A stretch of 64,000 nt of DNA from Eubacteriales bacterium (GCA_045128275.1 JBGVRH010000102.1:360-64359); one strand, 5' to 3'; shown: positions 52,997-63,148, counted from the first letter of the stretch. Notes: generated by a model from the sequence alone, not told the origin. Made by a program: numbers and translations.

Positions 52997-53271
52997 GCCT
53001 CGTCGCCTCCGCATGCCAGCTCGGCCTCCATCTTATCGTAAACCTCGGGGCTGATCTCGCACTCCAGGTTGTGGGCCACACGGCCGCTCTTGCGTACCTT
53101 CTTGAGGCACTTGAGATCGCGGCAGATGTAGGCCCCTCGTCCCGACTTCTTGCCGGTGAGATCCAGGCTGATCTCCCCCTCGGGACTGCGGACGATGCGG
53201 ATGAGCTCGGCCTTGGGCTTATGCTCGTTACAGCCGAGGCACTGCCGCATGGGGATCTTACGGGGCTTCAT
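52993..53271 (-). CDS. ylxR: YlxR/RnpM family (DUF448) RNA-binding protein
   Basis: RQCLGCNEHKPKAELIRIV...GRGAYIC motif. Lies downstream of nusA. Confidence 0.88.
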   Translation of the reverse strand: MKPRKIPMRQCLGCNEHKPKAELIRIVRSPEGEISLDLTGKKSGRGAYICRDLKCLKKVRKSGRVAHNLECEISPEVYDKMEAELACGGDEA

Positions 53272-53326
53272 GCCCTTTTGTACGGTTCCGCTCACAACGG
53301 CTCACCTCGTTTCTTTGGTAGTGGGA

Positions 53327-54349
53327 TTACTCGGCCTTGATGTCGATCTTGTAGCCGGTCAGGCGGGCGGCCAGACGGACGTTCTGACCCTCACGGCCGA
53401 TGGCCAGGGACAGCTGATCGGGATCCACAGTGACGCGGCAGGCGCGCTCGGCCACCATGGTCACGGAATTGACGGTAGCGGGAGCCAGGGCGGCGGCGAT
53501 GTACTCCTCGGGGGTCTCGCTGTACTTGACGATATCGATCTTCTCGCCGTTCAGCTCGGAAATGATGGAATCGATACGCATATTGCGGTTACCGATGCAG
53601 GCGCCCACGGCATCCACGTCGGGATCGCGGGAGTAGACGGCGATCTTGGAGCGGGAGCCTGCCTCACGGGAGACACCGCGGATGATGACGATACCGTCCT
53701 GGATCTCGGGAACCTCCAGCTCAAAGAGTCTCCACACCAGCTTGGGATGGACGCGGGAGAGGGAGATGACGGGGCCCTTGGCCTCGTGGTTGATCTCGGT
53801 GAGGAAGACCTTGATCTTCTGGCCGACGGTCAGATGCTCGCCGGGAATCTGCTCGGCGTAGGGCAGCCAGTTGGTACCCTGATCCAGCTCCAGCATGACG
53901 TCGCCGTTCTCGCGGTCGATCTTGCCCACGGTGACGGTGATGATCTCTTCCTTCTTGTTCTCGTAAGCCTCCTGCATTGCCTGGCGCTTACCCTCGCGGA
54001 TGCCCTGAATGATCACCGACTTGGCGGCGGCGGCAGAGGTACGGCGGAAGGCGTCGGTCTTGACTTCCTTCTCCACCATCATGCCCAGCTTATACTTCTT
54101 GCTGATGGTTTTGGCCTCCTCCAGGGAGATCTGGCAGACGGGATCCTCCACCACCTCAACGACCTCCTTTTGCAGGTAGGCCTTGATCTTCTTCTTGGTC
54201 GTGTCCATGTCCACGCGCATGAGGGCGGTGGGGCCGTACTCCTTCTTGAAGGCGGAGGTGAGAGCCTGCTCGATCTTCTCGATCATGTAGGACTGGGGAA
54301 TACCCTCTTTTTCCAGCAGCTCCAGAGCGTTAAAGATATCGGCGTTCAT
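53327..54349 (-). CDS. nusA: Transcription termination/antitermination factor NusA
   Basis: N-terminal domain, S1 domain and two KH domains (GACIGNRNMRI, AIGREGQNVRLA). Confidence 0.96.
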   Translation of the reverse strand: MNADIFNALELLEKEGIPQSYMIEKIEQALTSAFKKEYGPTALMRVDMDTTKKKIKAYLQKEVVEVVEDPVCQISLEEAKTISKKYKLGMMVEKEVKTDAFRRTSAAAAKSVIIQGIREGKRQAMQEAYENKKEEIITVTVGKIDRENGDVMLELDQGTNWLPYAEQIPGEHLTVGQKIKVFLTEINHEAKGPVISLSRVHPKLVWRLFELEVPEIQDGIVIIRGVSREAGSRSKIAVYSRDPDVDAVGACIGNRNMRIDSIISELNGEKIDIVKYSETPEEYIAAALAPATVNSVTMVAERACRVTVDPDQLSLAIGREGQNVRLAARLTGYKIDIKAE

Positions 54350-54384
54350 TTCATTTCATCCTTTCGGGTGTTAATCAGATTTTA

Positions 54385-54921
54385 TCAGAAATCGAATACG
54401 GTGCGAACCTTGGATACGGTCGCTTTGGGGAACAGGCGGGTGACTCCGGCGGTCTCCACGGGGATAGCGCCCTCGGCGTCGCGCTCGCCCAGGATGCCCA
54501 CCCAGACGCGGCTTCCGTCCACGGGGGCAAAAAGACGAACCTCTACCTTCTCGCCCACGCAGAGCTCGAAGTGGTCGTCGCGGGTCAGCTCCCGCTCGAT
54601 GCCGGGGGAGGAGACCTCCAGGAGGTACTGATCGGGGATGGGATCGTGCTCATCCAGAACGGGGTCGATGGCGCGGCTCATGGTCTCGCAGTCATCAATG
54701 GTGATACCCTCGCCGGTTTCATCGAAGCGGTCGATGGTGACACGGAGGATAAAATCAGCGCCCTCCTTGACGTATTCCACGTCCCAGAGGTAGTAGCCCA
54801 GCTCGTCGGCGGTGGGCTGAATGATCTCACGGACACGGTCAGCGATGCCCCGTCCCGCGGTGCGGGTACGGACGGCGCGGTAGGGCTTCTTTTCGGTGGG
54901 GTTCTTGATCTCGTCCGACAT
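54385..54921 (-). CDS. rimP: Ribosome maturation factor RimP
   Basis: LEVSSPGIEREL motif. Lies upstream of nusA. Confidence 0.92.
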   Translation of the reverse strand: MSDEIKNPTEKKPYRAVRTRTAGRGIADRVREIIQPTADELGYYLWDVEYVKEGADFILRVTIDRFDETGEGITIDDCETMSRAIDPVLDEHDPIPDQYLLEVSSPGIERELTRDDHFELCVGEKVEVRLFAPVDGSRVWVGILGERDAEGAIPVETAGVTRLFPKATVSKVRTVFDF

Positions 54922-55030
54922 GGTATCTCCCTTCTGCGGCGGGGGACTGACTCAAAAAGTCCCCAAGCAAAATTTAAGAGTGGCTTTCCGTTGGAACCCA
55001 CTCTCATCGTCTCTATTCTTGTACGATAAT

Positions 55031-55059
55031 AGTATAACACACTTTTCCTTGAATTGCAA
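55031..55059 (-). promoter_or_regulatory. Promoter of the rimP-nusA-infB operon
   Basis: Minus strand reads TTGCAA, a 17-nt spacer and TATACT. Confidence 0.5.
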
Positions 55060-55144
55060 GAGTTTTTTCACAATAAATTGGGGAATTTTTCTCATTTTGC
55101 CGTCCTTTTTTTGTTCATCCCGACAAATAGAGTCAAAAAATCCG

Positions 55145-55178
55145 CCCCGCGACAGTGCGCAGGGCGGAAATTTCCTTG
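55145..55178 (-). terminator. Rho-independent terminator of the 55183-56337 gene
   Basis: Stem tccgcccc..ggggcgga with TTTTTT on the minus strand. Confidence 0.65.
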
Positions 55179-55182
55179 GATA

Positions 55183-56337
55183 TCAGTCCTTTTTCTTCAG
55201 GACGACAGCGGCCGCGGCGGCAAAGGCCATAACGGCGGCAGTCATACCCAGAGCGGAGCCGCAGCCCGACTTGGGTGCCTCGGCGGGAGCCTCGGTAGCA
55301 GGGGCGTCGGTGGGAGCCTCAGTAGGAGCCTCTGTGGCGGGAGCATCGGTAAGAGCCTCGGTGATCTCCTCGGTAGGAGCCTCGGTCACCTCGTCGGTGG
55401 GGGCCTCGGTCACCTCGTCGGTAGGAGCCTCGGTCACCTCATCGGTGGAATCCTCGGATGCACCCAGGTTGAAGATGTGGAGAGCCATACCGTTGTTGGT
55501 GCCCAGCTCAGCCTTCTCGGCGTCGGAGAGACGGCAAGCGTAGCGCAGACCGCCCAGGCAAGCGATGTAGCCGTCGGCCACGTAATCCAGGTAGCGGCCA
55601 TCGCCCAGGTGGAGCTGGAAGTTCATGAAGACCTTCTGGGGAATGTTCTCCTCCATGTAGAGATCCTCCCAGCCGAAGAACATCTCATAGGTGGTGAGCT
55701 GCTTTTCCTCGTCGCGGGTGACCATGTAGCTGCCCTCGGGCATATCCTCGTTGACCCTGTACAGGCCGTAGGAGGAGGCGGTGTAGCAGATACCGACGGG
55801 AGTCAGCGCGCCGCTGCCGTCATCCCACAGAGCGTAGGTAGCGCGGACACGGTCCAGCATGAAGGCCTGGGTAAAGGTGCCGTCGAGAATATCGCCGTAA
55901 GCGTCCACGGAAACGTCCACCTCCAGGGAGTCCAGACCCCAGATGTCGATCTTATTGTCGGCACGGGTGTAGAGGGAGGCCTCCACGATCTCGGCGGCCA
56001 CGTACAGGCCGTTCTCGTCGTAGGTCACGTAGTACTTGATGCTGTAGGGCAGGATCTCGGGGATCTCCTCCTCGGGGAAGCCCTCCTTGGTCCAGTCCAT
56101 CCAGTTCATACCCTCGGAGTCCTTGTTGACCTCAATGGGGGCGCAGGCGTACTCGCCCTCGGAGACCACACCGTCGATCTTAATGCCCTGGGAGGGGGGA
56201 ACGTTGTAGGTCTGCTGACCGTAGTCAGCAAAGGCGTCGTAGGGGGTGTCATCCGAAGCGGATACGGTGACAGACAGAGCCGACATGAGCATGACGGCGG
56301 CTACCAGCACCGAAAGGATACGAAGAGTGTTCTTCAT
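55183..56337 (-). CDS. Secreted CBM9/DOMON-like protein with a repeat linker and a C-terminal GCGS-TM-LKKKD sorting-type signal
   Basis: Signal peptide MKNTLRILSVLVAAVMLMSALSVTVSA, a DGVVSEGEY motif, and the C-terminus KSGCGSALGMTAAVMAFAAAAAVVLKKKD. Confidence 0.85.
   Translation of the reverse strand: MKNTLRILSVLVAAVMLMSALSVTVSASDDTPYDAFADYGQQTYNVPPSQGIKIDGVVSEGEYACAPIEVNKDSEGMNWMDWTKEGFPEEEIPEILPYSIKYYVTYDENGLYVAAEIVEASLYTRADNKIDIWGLDSLEVDVSVDAYGDILDGTFTQAFMLDRVRATYALWDDGSGALTPVGICYTASSYGLYRVNEDMPEGSYMVTRDEEKQLTTYEMFFGWEDLYMEENIPQKVFMNFQLHLGDGRYLDYVADGYIACLGGLRYACRLSDAEKAELGTNNGMALHIFNLGASEDSTDEVTEAPTDEVTEAPTDEVTEAPTEEITEALTDAPATEAPTEAPTDAPATEAPAEAPKSGCGSALGMTAAVMAFAAAAAVVLKKKD
55352..55447. 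repeat. Four tandem 24-bp repeats encoding (T)DEVTEAP units in the linker of the secreted protein
   Basis: Units at 55352-75, 55376-99, 55400-23 and 55424-47, consensus ggagcctcggtcacctcgtcggtr. The first unit is degenerate. Confidence 0.85.
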
Positions 56338-56394
56338 AATATTTCTCCTTATACTGTAGTTACGGCGGCCCCATAAAGAGGCCAACCAAATCGT

Positions 56395-56423
56395 ATTATA
56401 GCAAACATTCAGGGGTTTGTCAA
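56395..56423 (-). promoter_or_regulatory. Sigma-A promoter of the 55183-56337 gene
   Basis: Minus strand reads TTGACA, a 17-nt spacer and TATAAT. Confidence 0.55.
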
Positions 56424-56472
56424 GTGCTTTTTCGACATTCCCCCCATGTCGGTTTTGTTGCTCGGCCGTGAT

Positions 56473-56703
56473 TTACGCCCGCTCGCGGGTGTCACTCAGC
56501 CCCACCATGTAGTCCAGGCTGACCTTGTAATGCTGTGCCAGCACCACGAACTGGTGCATGGGCAGCTCACGCTCGCCGCGCTCGTAGCGGCTGTACTGGT
56601 TCTGCTGCATGCCCAGAATATCGGCGATCTCTGTCTGGTTCAGTCCCGCGCCGACACGCAGCTCACGGAGGCGGGGGTAGTGCTTTCTGTTGTTGCTTTC
56701 CAT
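56473..56703 (-). CDS. XRE family HTH transcriptional regulator (76 aa)
   Basis: LNQTEIADILGMQQNQYSRYERGERELP HTH_3 pattern. Confidence 0.88.
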   Translation of the reverse strand: MESNNRKHYPRLRELRVGAGLNQTEIADILGMQQNQYSRYERGERELPMHQFVVLAQHYKVSLDYMVGLSDTRERA

Positions 56704-56757
56704 ACGTTTTTCTTCCTATTTTTTAAATTTTTGTTTTTGGAAAGAGATCACACAAAG

Positions 56758-58701
56758 TCAGTCAAGCTCTTTTTTGCCTGTGTAGAGCTCGTAGTAACGA
56801 CCCTTCAGGGCAAGGAGCTGGTCGTGGTTGCCTCGCTCAATGATCTCGCCCTTCTCCAGGACCATGATGGCGTTGGAGTTGCGGACGGTGGAGAGGCGGT
56901 GGGCGATGACGAAGGTGGTGCGGTTCTTCATGAGCCGATCCATGCCCCGCTCAATGTGCCGCTCGGTACGGGTGTCCACCGAGGAGGTGGCCTCGTCCAG
57001 CACTAGAATGGGGGCCTTGGAGATGGCGGCGCGGGCAATGTTCAGAAGCTGACGCTGGCCCTGGGAGAGGTTGGCTCCGTCACCCTCCAGCTTGGTCTGG
57101 TAGCCGTGCTCCAGGCGCATGATGAAGGAGTGAGCCGAGGCGGTCTTGGCGGCCTCGATAACCTCCTCGTCGGTGGCATCGGGACGGCCGTAGCGGATGT
57201 TCTCCATGATAGTGCCCGTGAAGAGGTGGGTATCCTGGAGCACCATGGCGATGTTGGATCGCAGCTCATCCCGCTTGTAGGCGCGGATGTCGATGCCGTC
57301 GATGGTGATGGTGCCCTCGTCAATGTCGTAGAAGCGGTTGAGGAGGTTGGTGACGGTGGTCTTGCCCGCGCCCGTGGAGCCGACGAAGGCGATCTTCTGT
57401 CCCGCGTGGGCGTAGAGGCTCACGTGCTTCAGTACCGTCTGCCCGGGGATATAGCCGAAGGAAACGTCGTCTAGGATCACCTCGCCCTTGACGTCGGTCA
57501 TGGGAACGGCATCCTCGCGGTCGGGGGTCTCGGGCTCCTCGTCCATGACGGCGAAGACTCGCTCCGCGCCGGCCAGAGCCGAGAAGACGGTGGACATCTG
57601 CATGGACAGGTTGTTGATGGGGAAGGAGAACTGACGGGCATAGGTGCAGAAGATGGTCAGACCGCCCACGTCAAAGCCCGCGAAGATGCAGAGAAGTCCG
57701 CCCACGCCTGCCGTGATGGCGAAGGAGAGGTTGGAGAGGTTATGCATGATGGGGCCCATGACACCGCCGTAGAAGTGGGCCTTGAACTGCTTGTCGCGCA
57801 TATCGTCGTTCAGAGCCTCGAACTCGGCTACGCAGTCGGCCTCGTGGTTGAAGACCTTGACCACCTTGGAGCCTGTGACGGTCTCCTCGATGTAGCCGTT
57901 GACCGCGCCCAGGGCGGTCTGCTGAGCCACGTGGTACTTGGCGGATTTCTTACCGATCAGTCCGCCGCCGAAGAGGTAGAGAGGCACGAACAGCAGGGTG
58001 ATGAGCGCCAAGAACCAGCTGGTGTAGAACATCATGAACACCGTACCCACCAGGGAAATGGTGCCCGAGATGAGGCTGGTGACGGTGGAGTTGATCATCA
58101 TGTCGATGGCGTCCACGTCGTTGGTGAAGCGGGACATGAGCTCGCCCGTGGGATGGGAATCGAAGTAGCGGACGGGGAGCCGCTGGAGCTTCTTGAAGAG
58201 GTCGTTGCGGATCTTCTCCACGGCATTCTGGGAGACCGCGATCATGAGGCGGCCCTGGAGGTAGGTGGAGACGATACCCGTGAGGTAGATGGCGGCCAGC
58301 ACCATGAGGATAATGCCCAGACAGCCCAGTCTCTGCTCCACCGTGGGGGTGGCGTTGGCCACCAGATCGGGCATAAAGATCCGCAGGAGGATGCTCTTGG
58401 TGTGAGCCGAGACCTCGCCGTCGGCGGGGAGGGTCAGCACGTTGTAGACGTCGCGGAGGAGGTAAGTGCCGATCATGGAGGTCAGGGTACTCCAGATCAT
58501 GCAGAGGAATACGAAAATGAGACGGAACCAGTGGGCTCCGATGTAACCCAGGAGACGGCGCACGGTGGCGCGGCTGTTCTTGGGCTTGCCCTTGGGACGG
58601 GGGCCGCCGCGGCCGCGAGGACCGCCGCCGGGGCCTCCCTTGGGAAGCTTACCCAGGGACGCGTAACGCTTTTGCAGCTCTTCAATGCTTCTTGCGGCCA
58701 T
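56758..58701 (-). CDS. ABC transporter ATP-binding/permease protein (exporter half-transporter)
   Basis: Six TM helices plus an NBD with Walker A GSTGAGKT, signature LSQGQRQ and Walker B ILVLDEATS. Confidence 0.93.
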   Translation of the reverse strand: MAARSIEELQKRYASLGKLPKGGPGGGPRGRGGPRPKGKPKNSRATVRRLLGYIGAHWFRLIFVFLCMIWSTLTSMIGTYLLRDVYNVLTLPADGEVSAHTKSILLRIFMPDLVANATPTVEQRLGCLGIILMVLAAIYLTGIVSTYLQGRLMIAVSQNAVEKIRNDLFKKLQRLPVRYFDSHPTGELMSRFTNDVDAIDMMINSTVTSLISGTISLVGTVFMMFYTSWFLALITLLFVPLYLFGGGLIGKKSAKYHVAQQTALGAVNGYIEETVTGSKVVKVFNHEADCVAEFEALNDDMRDKQFKAHFYGGVMGPIMHNLSNLSFAITAGVGGLLCIFAGFDVGGLTIFCTYARQFSFPINNLSMQMSTVFSALAGAERVFAVMDEEPETPDREDAVPMTDVKGEVILDDVSFGYIPGQTVLKHVSLYAHAGQKIAFVGSTGAGKTTVTNLLNRFYDIDEGTITIDGIDIRAYKRDELRSNIAMVLQDTHLFTGTIMENIRYGRPDATDEEVIEAAKTASAHSFIMRLEHGYQTKLEGDGANLSQGQRQLLNIARAAISKAPILVLDEATSSVDTRTERHIERGMDRLMKNRTTFVIAHRLSTVRNSNAIMVLEKGEIIERGNHDQLLALKGRYYELYTGKKELD

Positions 58702-60605
58702 TATGCGTTCACCTCCCCGTTATGGTTGAGTTCCTTTTCCAGCTCGGCCTTTTGCTTAGCGGCCTCCATCTGGGAATCGTAGATTTCCTTGTACTCCACG
58801 TTGGAGCGAAGCAGGGTATCGTGAGTACCCACACCCGTGATACGACCTTCGTTGACCACCACGATCTGATCCGCCTCCATCACGGATGTGATGCGCTGGG
58901 CGATGATGATCTTGGTGGTATCCTTCAGCGCGCCTCGGAAGGTCTCCCGGATGCGAGCCTCGGTGGCGGTGTCCACGGCGGAGGTGGAGTCGTCCAGGAT
59001 GAGGATCTTGGGCTTCTTCAGGAGGGCGCGGGCAATGCAGAGTCGCTGCTTCTGACCGCCCGAGACGTTGGTACCGCCCTGGCCCAGATCCGACTCGTAG
59101 CCCTTGGCAAAGCCCGTGACGAAGCCGTCAGCCTGGGCGGAATCGGCGGCGGCGCGGATGGTGTCCATGTCGGCATTCCCGTCGCCCCAGCGGAGGTTGT
59201 CTTCAATGGTGCCCGAGAACAAAACGTTCTTCTGGAGCACCATACCCACTCCCTCGCGGAGGTTGTAGAGGCTGTAATCCTTGACGTTCACGCCGTCCAC
59301 TAAGATCTCGCCCTCGTCGGCATCGTACAGGCGGGGGATCATGGAGACCAGGGTGGTCTTGCCCGAGCCCGTGGAGCCGATGATGCCCACGGTGGAGCCT
59401 GCCTCGATCTTGAGGCTGACGTCATCCAGCACCTTGCCCTCGCTGCCCTTGTAGTAGCGGAAGGTGACGTTTTTGAACTCGATCTCGCCCCGCTCCACCT
59501 GCTTGTCGGGGCAGGCGGCGTTCAGGTCGGAGATGTCGATCTCCTCGTTCATGACCGCCTTGATGCGCTTGCCCGAGGCCATGGCGCGGGAGGCCTGCAT
59601 GAAGAGCATGGTCACCATCATGAGGGAGGACAAAATCTGGGTGATGTAGGTCACGAAGGCGGTGAGGTCGCCCACCAGCATACCGCTGTCAGGGGACAGC
59701 ACCATGTTACCGCCGAACCACAGCACGGCCAGCACCGCGCCGTTCATGAACAGGGTCATGAGGGGGGACATCCAGATCATGACCATCATGGCGCGGCGGC
59801 CCGCCCGCTTGAGATCGGCGTTGGTGCCGGCGAAGCGCTGACTTTCATACTCCTCGCGGACGAAGGACTTGACCACGCGGGCATTGGTCATGTTCTCCTG
59901 GACGTTGGCGTTCAGACCGTCCACCTTCTCCTGCATGGCGTTGAAGCGGGGGAAGGCCACCCGGAGGAACAGCAGAATGACCAGGATGATGGCGGGCACC
60001 GCCACGGCCAGCACCAGGGCCAGCTGACGGTTGAGGGCGATGGCCATAATCAGCGCGCCGATGAGCATACCGGGGGAGCGGAGAGCCATGCGCAACAGGG
60101 TGTTGACGAAATTCTGGAGCTGGGTCACGTCGTTGGTGAGACGGGTCACCAGCGAGCCCGTATTGAACTTGTCGATGTTGGCGAAGGAGAACTGCTGTAC
60201 CTTGCGGTAGATGTCGGCGCGGAGGTCGGCGGCGAAGTTCACGGATGCCTTGGCACCGAAGTAGGCACCGCCCACACCGCCGATCATCATGAGCACCGAG
60301 GTGAGGAGCATACCCACCGTCAGCGCGACGATGAGGGGGGCGTCGGGATTGTCAAAGCTCTGTCCCAGGGCATTGTACATCCAGGTGAGCCAGGCGGGGG
60401 CGTCCTCCATCTTGTGGTTGACACCGAAGTCGATGATGTAGGCCAGGAGCTTGGGGAGCACCACCTCACCGATAACCTCCACGATCATGCAGAGGGGGCC
60501 GATGATGAACCAGGGCAGGTAGGGCTTTACGTACTTGAACCACCTGAGGCGATGGGTCTGGGTGGCATTTGCTTGGGGCTTGGTATTTGAAGCGGTCAAG
60601 ATCAC
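58701..60605 (-). CDS. ABC transporter ATP-binding/permease protein (exporter half-transporter, heterodimer partner)
   Basis: Walker A GSTGSGKT, signature VSGGQKQR and Walker B ILILDDSTS. The GTG start overlaps the marR stop (GTGA). Confidence 0.9.
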   Translation of the reverse strand: MILTASNTKPQANATQTHRLRWFKYVKPYLPWFIIGPLCMIVEVIGEVVLPKLLAYIIDFGVNHKMEDAPAWLTWMYNALGQSFDNPDAPLIVALTVGMLLTSVLMMIGGVGGAYFGAKASVNFAADLRADIYRKVQQFSFANIDKFNTGSLVTRLTNDVTQLQNFVNTLLRMALRSPGMLIGALIMAIALNRQLALVLAVAVPAIILVILLFLRVAFPRFNAMQEKVDGLNANVQENMTNARVVKSFVREEYESQRFAGTNADLKRAGRRAMMVMIWMSPLMTLFMNGAVLAVLWFGGNMVLSPDSGMLVGDLTAFVTYITQILSSLMMVTMLFMQASRAMASGKRIKAVMNEEIDISDLNAACPDKQVERGEIEFKNVTFRYYKGSEGKVLDDVSLKIEAGSTVGIIGSTGSGKTTLVSMIPRLYDADEGEILVDGVNVKDYSLYNLREGVGMVLQKNVLFSGTIEDNLRWGDGNADMDTIRAAADSAQADGFVTGFAKGYESDLGQGGTNVSGGQKQRLCIARALLKKPKILILDDSTSAVDTATEARIRETFRGALKDTTKIIIAQRITSVMEADQIVVVNEGRITGVGTHDTLLRSNVEYKEIYDSQMEAAKQKAELEKELNHNGEVNA

Positions 60606-61144
60606 ACTTCCTTTCTTTCGCGGGTGGAATGGGGGGGCTTGTGGCTATGCTCGGGGGGCGGGGGATCCGTGGGCACGCCCGCGTCGTCCAGATTGTGGCC
60701 GATGCGCTCCATGAAGGAGATCAGCGTGGCCATTTCCTCGGGGGAGAACCCCTCGAACATGGTGCGGTCGGAGGACTCGAAGATAGCGCGGCCCTCCATG
60801 AGCTTGGATATGCCCATATCGGTGATGCGGATCTCGTTTTTGCGGTTGTCCTCATCCGTCATGGAGCGGGTGATGTAGCCTTCCTTCTCCAGCTTCTTGA
60901 GGGTAGCGGTGACGGCGGCAGCGCTGATGCCCAGGATCTCCGCCAACTCCTTCTGGGAGGGGACGTTATCCTGCCGCTTGGCCAGGGCGATGAGCATACG
61001 GTGCTGGCTGTGGTGGATGCCCAGATCGCAGGTTCTTCTCTCTACCAAAGCGTGGTGGCGGCGCATATTGCGGATGAGCAGACCCACGGCCCTCATGTGA
61101 GGGGAATCGGGGATGCGGCATTCGCAGGTCTTCTTTTCTTGCAC
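60602..61144 (-). CDS. MarR family transcriptional regulator
   Basis: Winged HTH (SQKELAEILGISAAAVTATLKKLEKEGYITR). GTG start 6 nt after AAAGGAG. Pro/His-rich C-terminal tail. Confidence 0.85.
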   Translation of the reverse strand: MQEKKTCECRIPDSPHMRAVGLLIRNMRRHHALVERRTCDLGIHHSQHRMLIALAKRQDNVPSQKELAEILGISAAAVTATLKKLEKEGYITRSMTDEDNRKNEIRITDMGISKLMEGRAIFESSDRTMFEGFSPEEMATLISFMERIGHNLDDAGVPTDPPPPEHSHKPPHSTRERKEV

Positions 61145-61200
61145 TACGGTCTCCTTTCTGTTCAGATTGAACTGAAACTGTTAAACGGTAACTGTCAAGA

Positions 61201-61251
61201 GGTTAATGATTAACACGTTAACTATTATAGCACGATTCTTTGATTTGTCAA
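61201..61251 (-). promoter_or_regulatory. marR-ABC operon promoter with overlapping palindromic operator candidates
   Basis: Minus strand reads TTGACA (61251-61246), a 16-nt spacer and TATAAT (61229-61224). Immediately downstream are the palindromes ttaac-ac-gttaa and gttaat-g-attaac (61201-61222). Confidence 0.6.
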
Positions 61252-61301
61252 GGGGGAAACGCAAGAAATTTTCATGAACTCCAAGGGGACGGCGGCGAAC
61301 C

Positions 61302-61330
61302 TTGACAAACGAGGGGTGCCGTGATATAAT
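61302..61330 (+). promoter_or_regulatory. Divergent sigma-A promoter for the 61431-63739 gene set
   Basis: TTGACA, a 17-nt spacer and TATAAT. Confidence 0.55.
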
Positions 61331-61430
61331 GAAGAAAATTTCGGTTTTTTTTGAAAGATTTCACCAGAAATTTTCGTCATATAGAGTAGAGGTGCTTAAG
61401 AGAGTACCACCACCGAAAGGAGGCTTTTCC

Positions 61431-62348
61431 ATGCCCCATACGAATCCCGCGTTTTTCAACGATCCCTTCTCCGCCCCGCCTGCGGATACCCCCGACTACA
61501 CCCCCCTGATCCGCCGTATCAAGCGACGGAGGGGACTTGTCACCGCCTATCTGATCCTCGTCACCCTGCTCCCGCTCTTGTTCATCGGCCCCATACAGAT
61601 CGCCATTTTTGACCGAGTGCTGACTGCCCGCGGGCTTTCCGTGGGCGGGGCGATCGCCATCATCGCGGCTGGCTGGCTTTTGGGTCTGATCCTGAGCGTG
61701 GCTGTACTGCTCCCCGTGGGGAATGCCCTTGTCCGTGACGGCGATCCCGCCAAGTATCTGGCCTTGCAGGAGGGGCTGTACATGTTCACCACCACCGAGA
61801 CCCAAAAGGCATCGGTGCGGTCCGTCTCCTACCTGCTCATGGGGAACTACCCCGAGGCCATCCGCAACGCCGATCTTCTGACCCATACCCAAAAGCCCGC
61901 CCCCTCGGCGGCGGGTCTGTTCTGCAAGGGGCGCGCCGCCTTCTTCACGGGGGAGGCCGAAACCCTCTCGACGGTGACGGTAGCCTTCGGAAAGATCACG
62001 GCGGGCATGAAGGGCGCAAGCTACCCCAAGCAAAGAGCCATGCTGGAGCTGATGGATGCCGTCACCCGCAAGGATTTTGAGGCCGCCGCCCGTCTGACCC
62101 CGTTAGTCACGGCCTGGGAGATGTCCCCCCTCGTGGAGGCCCAGGTGGATCTCTGCCGCGCCCGCGCCGCCCTTCTGCTCATGGAGAACAGCGAGGGGGA
62201 GGCGCGCAAGACCCACCGCCATGAGGCCATCCACCGTCTCCTGTCCTGCAAGGAAAAGGGAGGAAAGTCGGTGCTGGTACTCTTAGCCGAGGAAACGCTG
62301 GCGGCTCTCCCCGCCGAGGCGGAGGAACAGGAGGTTACCGGATCATGA
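61431..62348 (+). CDS. Hypothetical membrane protein (305 aa; two TM helices plus a helical C-terminal domain)
   Basis: RBS gaaaggagg before the ATG at 61431. No family recognised. Confidence 0.7.
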   Translation: MPHTNPAFFNDPFSAPPADTPDYTPLIRRIKRRRGLVTAYLILVTLLPLLFIGPIQIAIFDRVLTARGLSVGGAIAIIAAGWLLGLILSVAVLLPVGNALVRDGDPAKYLALQEGLYMFTTTETQKASVRSVSYLLMGNYPEAIRNADLLTHTQKPAPSAAGLFCKGRAAFFTGEAETLSTVTVAFGKITAGMKGASYPKQRAMLELMDAVTRKDFEAAARLTPLVTAWEMSPLVEAQVDLCRARAALLLMENSEGEARKTHRHEAIHRLLSCKEKGGKSVLVLLAEETLAALPAEAEEQEVTGS

Positions 62349-63082
62349 AGCTCACCTTTCATCTTGATGCCACCTTCTTCGACTGTATCCTCCGCATCCG
62401 CTGTGAGAACGGCTTCAACGTAGCCTACCGCATGACCGCCACCGCCCCTCTGGGCAGTAACCTCATCGACACCGTCACGGTGGAGGTCCCCGCCCCCGCC
62501 TGCGAGGTCATCGTCTACCCCCAATTCTGCGAGCGGCTGAAGGAGGAGGTCAAGTCCTTCAGCGGGGACGGCTTCTGGGACACCCTGGCGGTCAAAGCCT
62601 TGGGAAAGGCCGCCGATTCCGCTCTCCGCAACGGCACCCTGCATACCTCCCTGACCTACAGGCTCGACCTGCGGGAGCGGCTGGGCAATGATCTCATGGG
62701 TGACGGCACCCTCCACTTGACCCTGACTGAGCGCAACTTCGCCATCACCTCCGAGTGGGTCATGGAGCTCTTGGATCTTTACCCCGTCTGCTACACCTTC
62801 TTCGAGCTGTCCGAGGGGGAGAACGCCGTGACCCCCGCCCACGCCCTGGGGGTCAACCGCAAGGATTTTTTGCGCTTCACCCGCAAGTTCACCCTGCTCC
62901 AATGCGCGGGCTGGGGGATGCTCCTCTACCCCATCCCCATGCTCCGCCTCCGCCATCTCATCCGCCCCCGCTATATCCTGCGCCGTCTGAAAAAGCTCTA
63001 CCGCCTGTCCCCCGAAAAGCGGGCGGAGAAGCTGACCGAACTGTCGGAGGTGAGCGGGGAGGACGTGTACGGAGCGTTGTGA
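62345..63082 (+). CDS. Hypothetical protein (245 aa)
   Basis: ATGA overlap with the upstream stop. Codon usage is typical. No family recognised. Confidence 0.7.
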   Translation: MKLTFHLDATFFDCILRIRCENGFNVAYRMTATAPLGSNLIDTVTVEVPAPACEVIVYPQFCERLKEEVKSFSGDGFWDTLAVKALGKAADSALRNGTLHTSLTYRLDLRERLGNDLMGDGTLHLTLTERNFAITSEWVMELLDLYPVCYTFFELSEGENAVTPAHALGVNRKDFLRFTRKFTLLQCAGWGMLLYPIPMLRLRHLIRPRYILRRLKKLYRLSPEKRAEKLTELSEVSGEDVYGAL

Positions 63083-63148
63083 ATCAGAGAACTTCTTCGG
63101 CGTGAAAACCCCGACAACCCCAAAATTAACCTCTCGAAAGGAGGCCCC

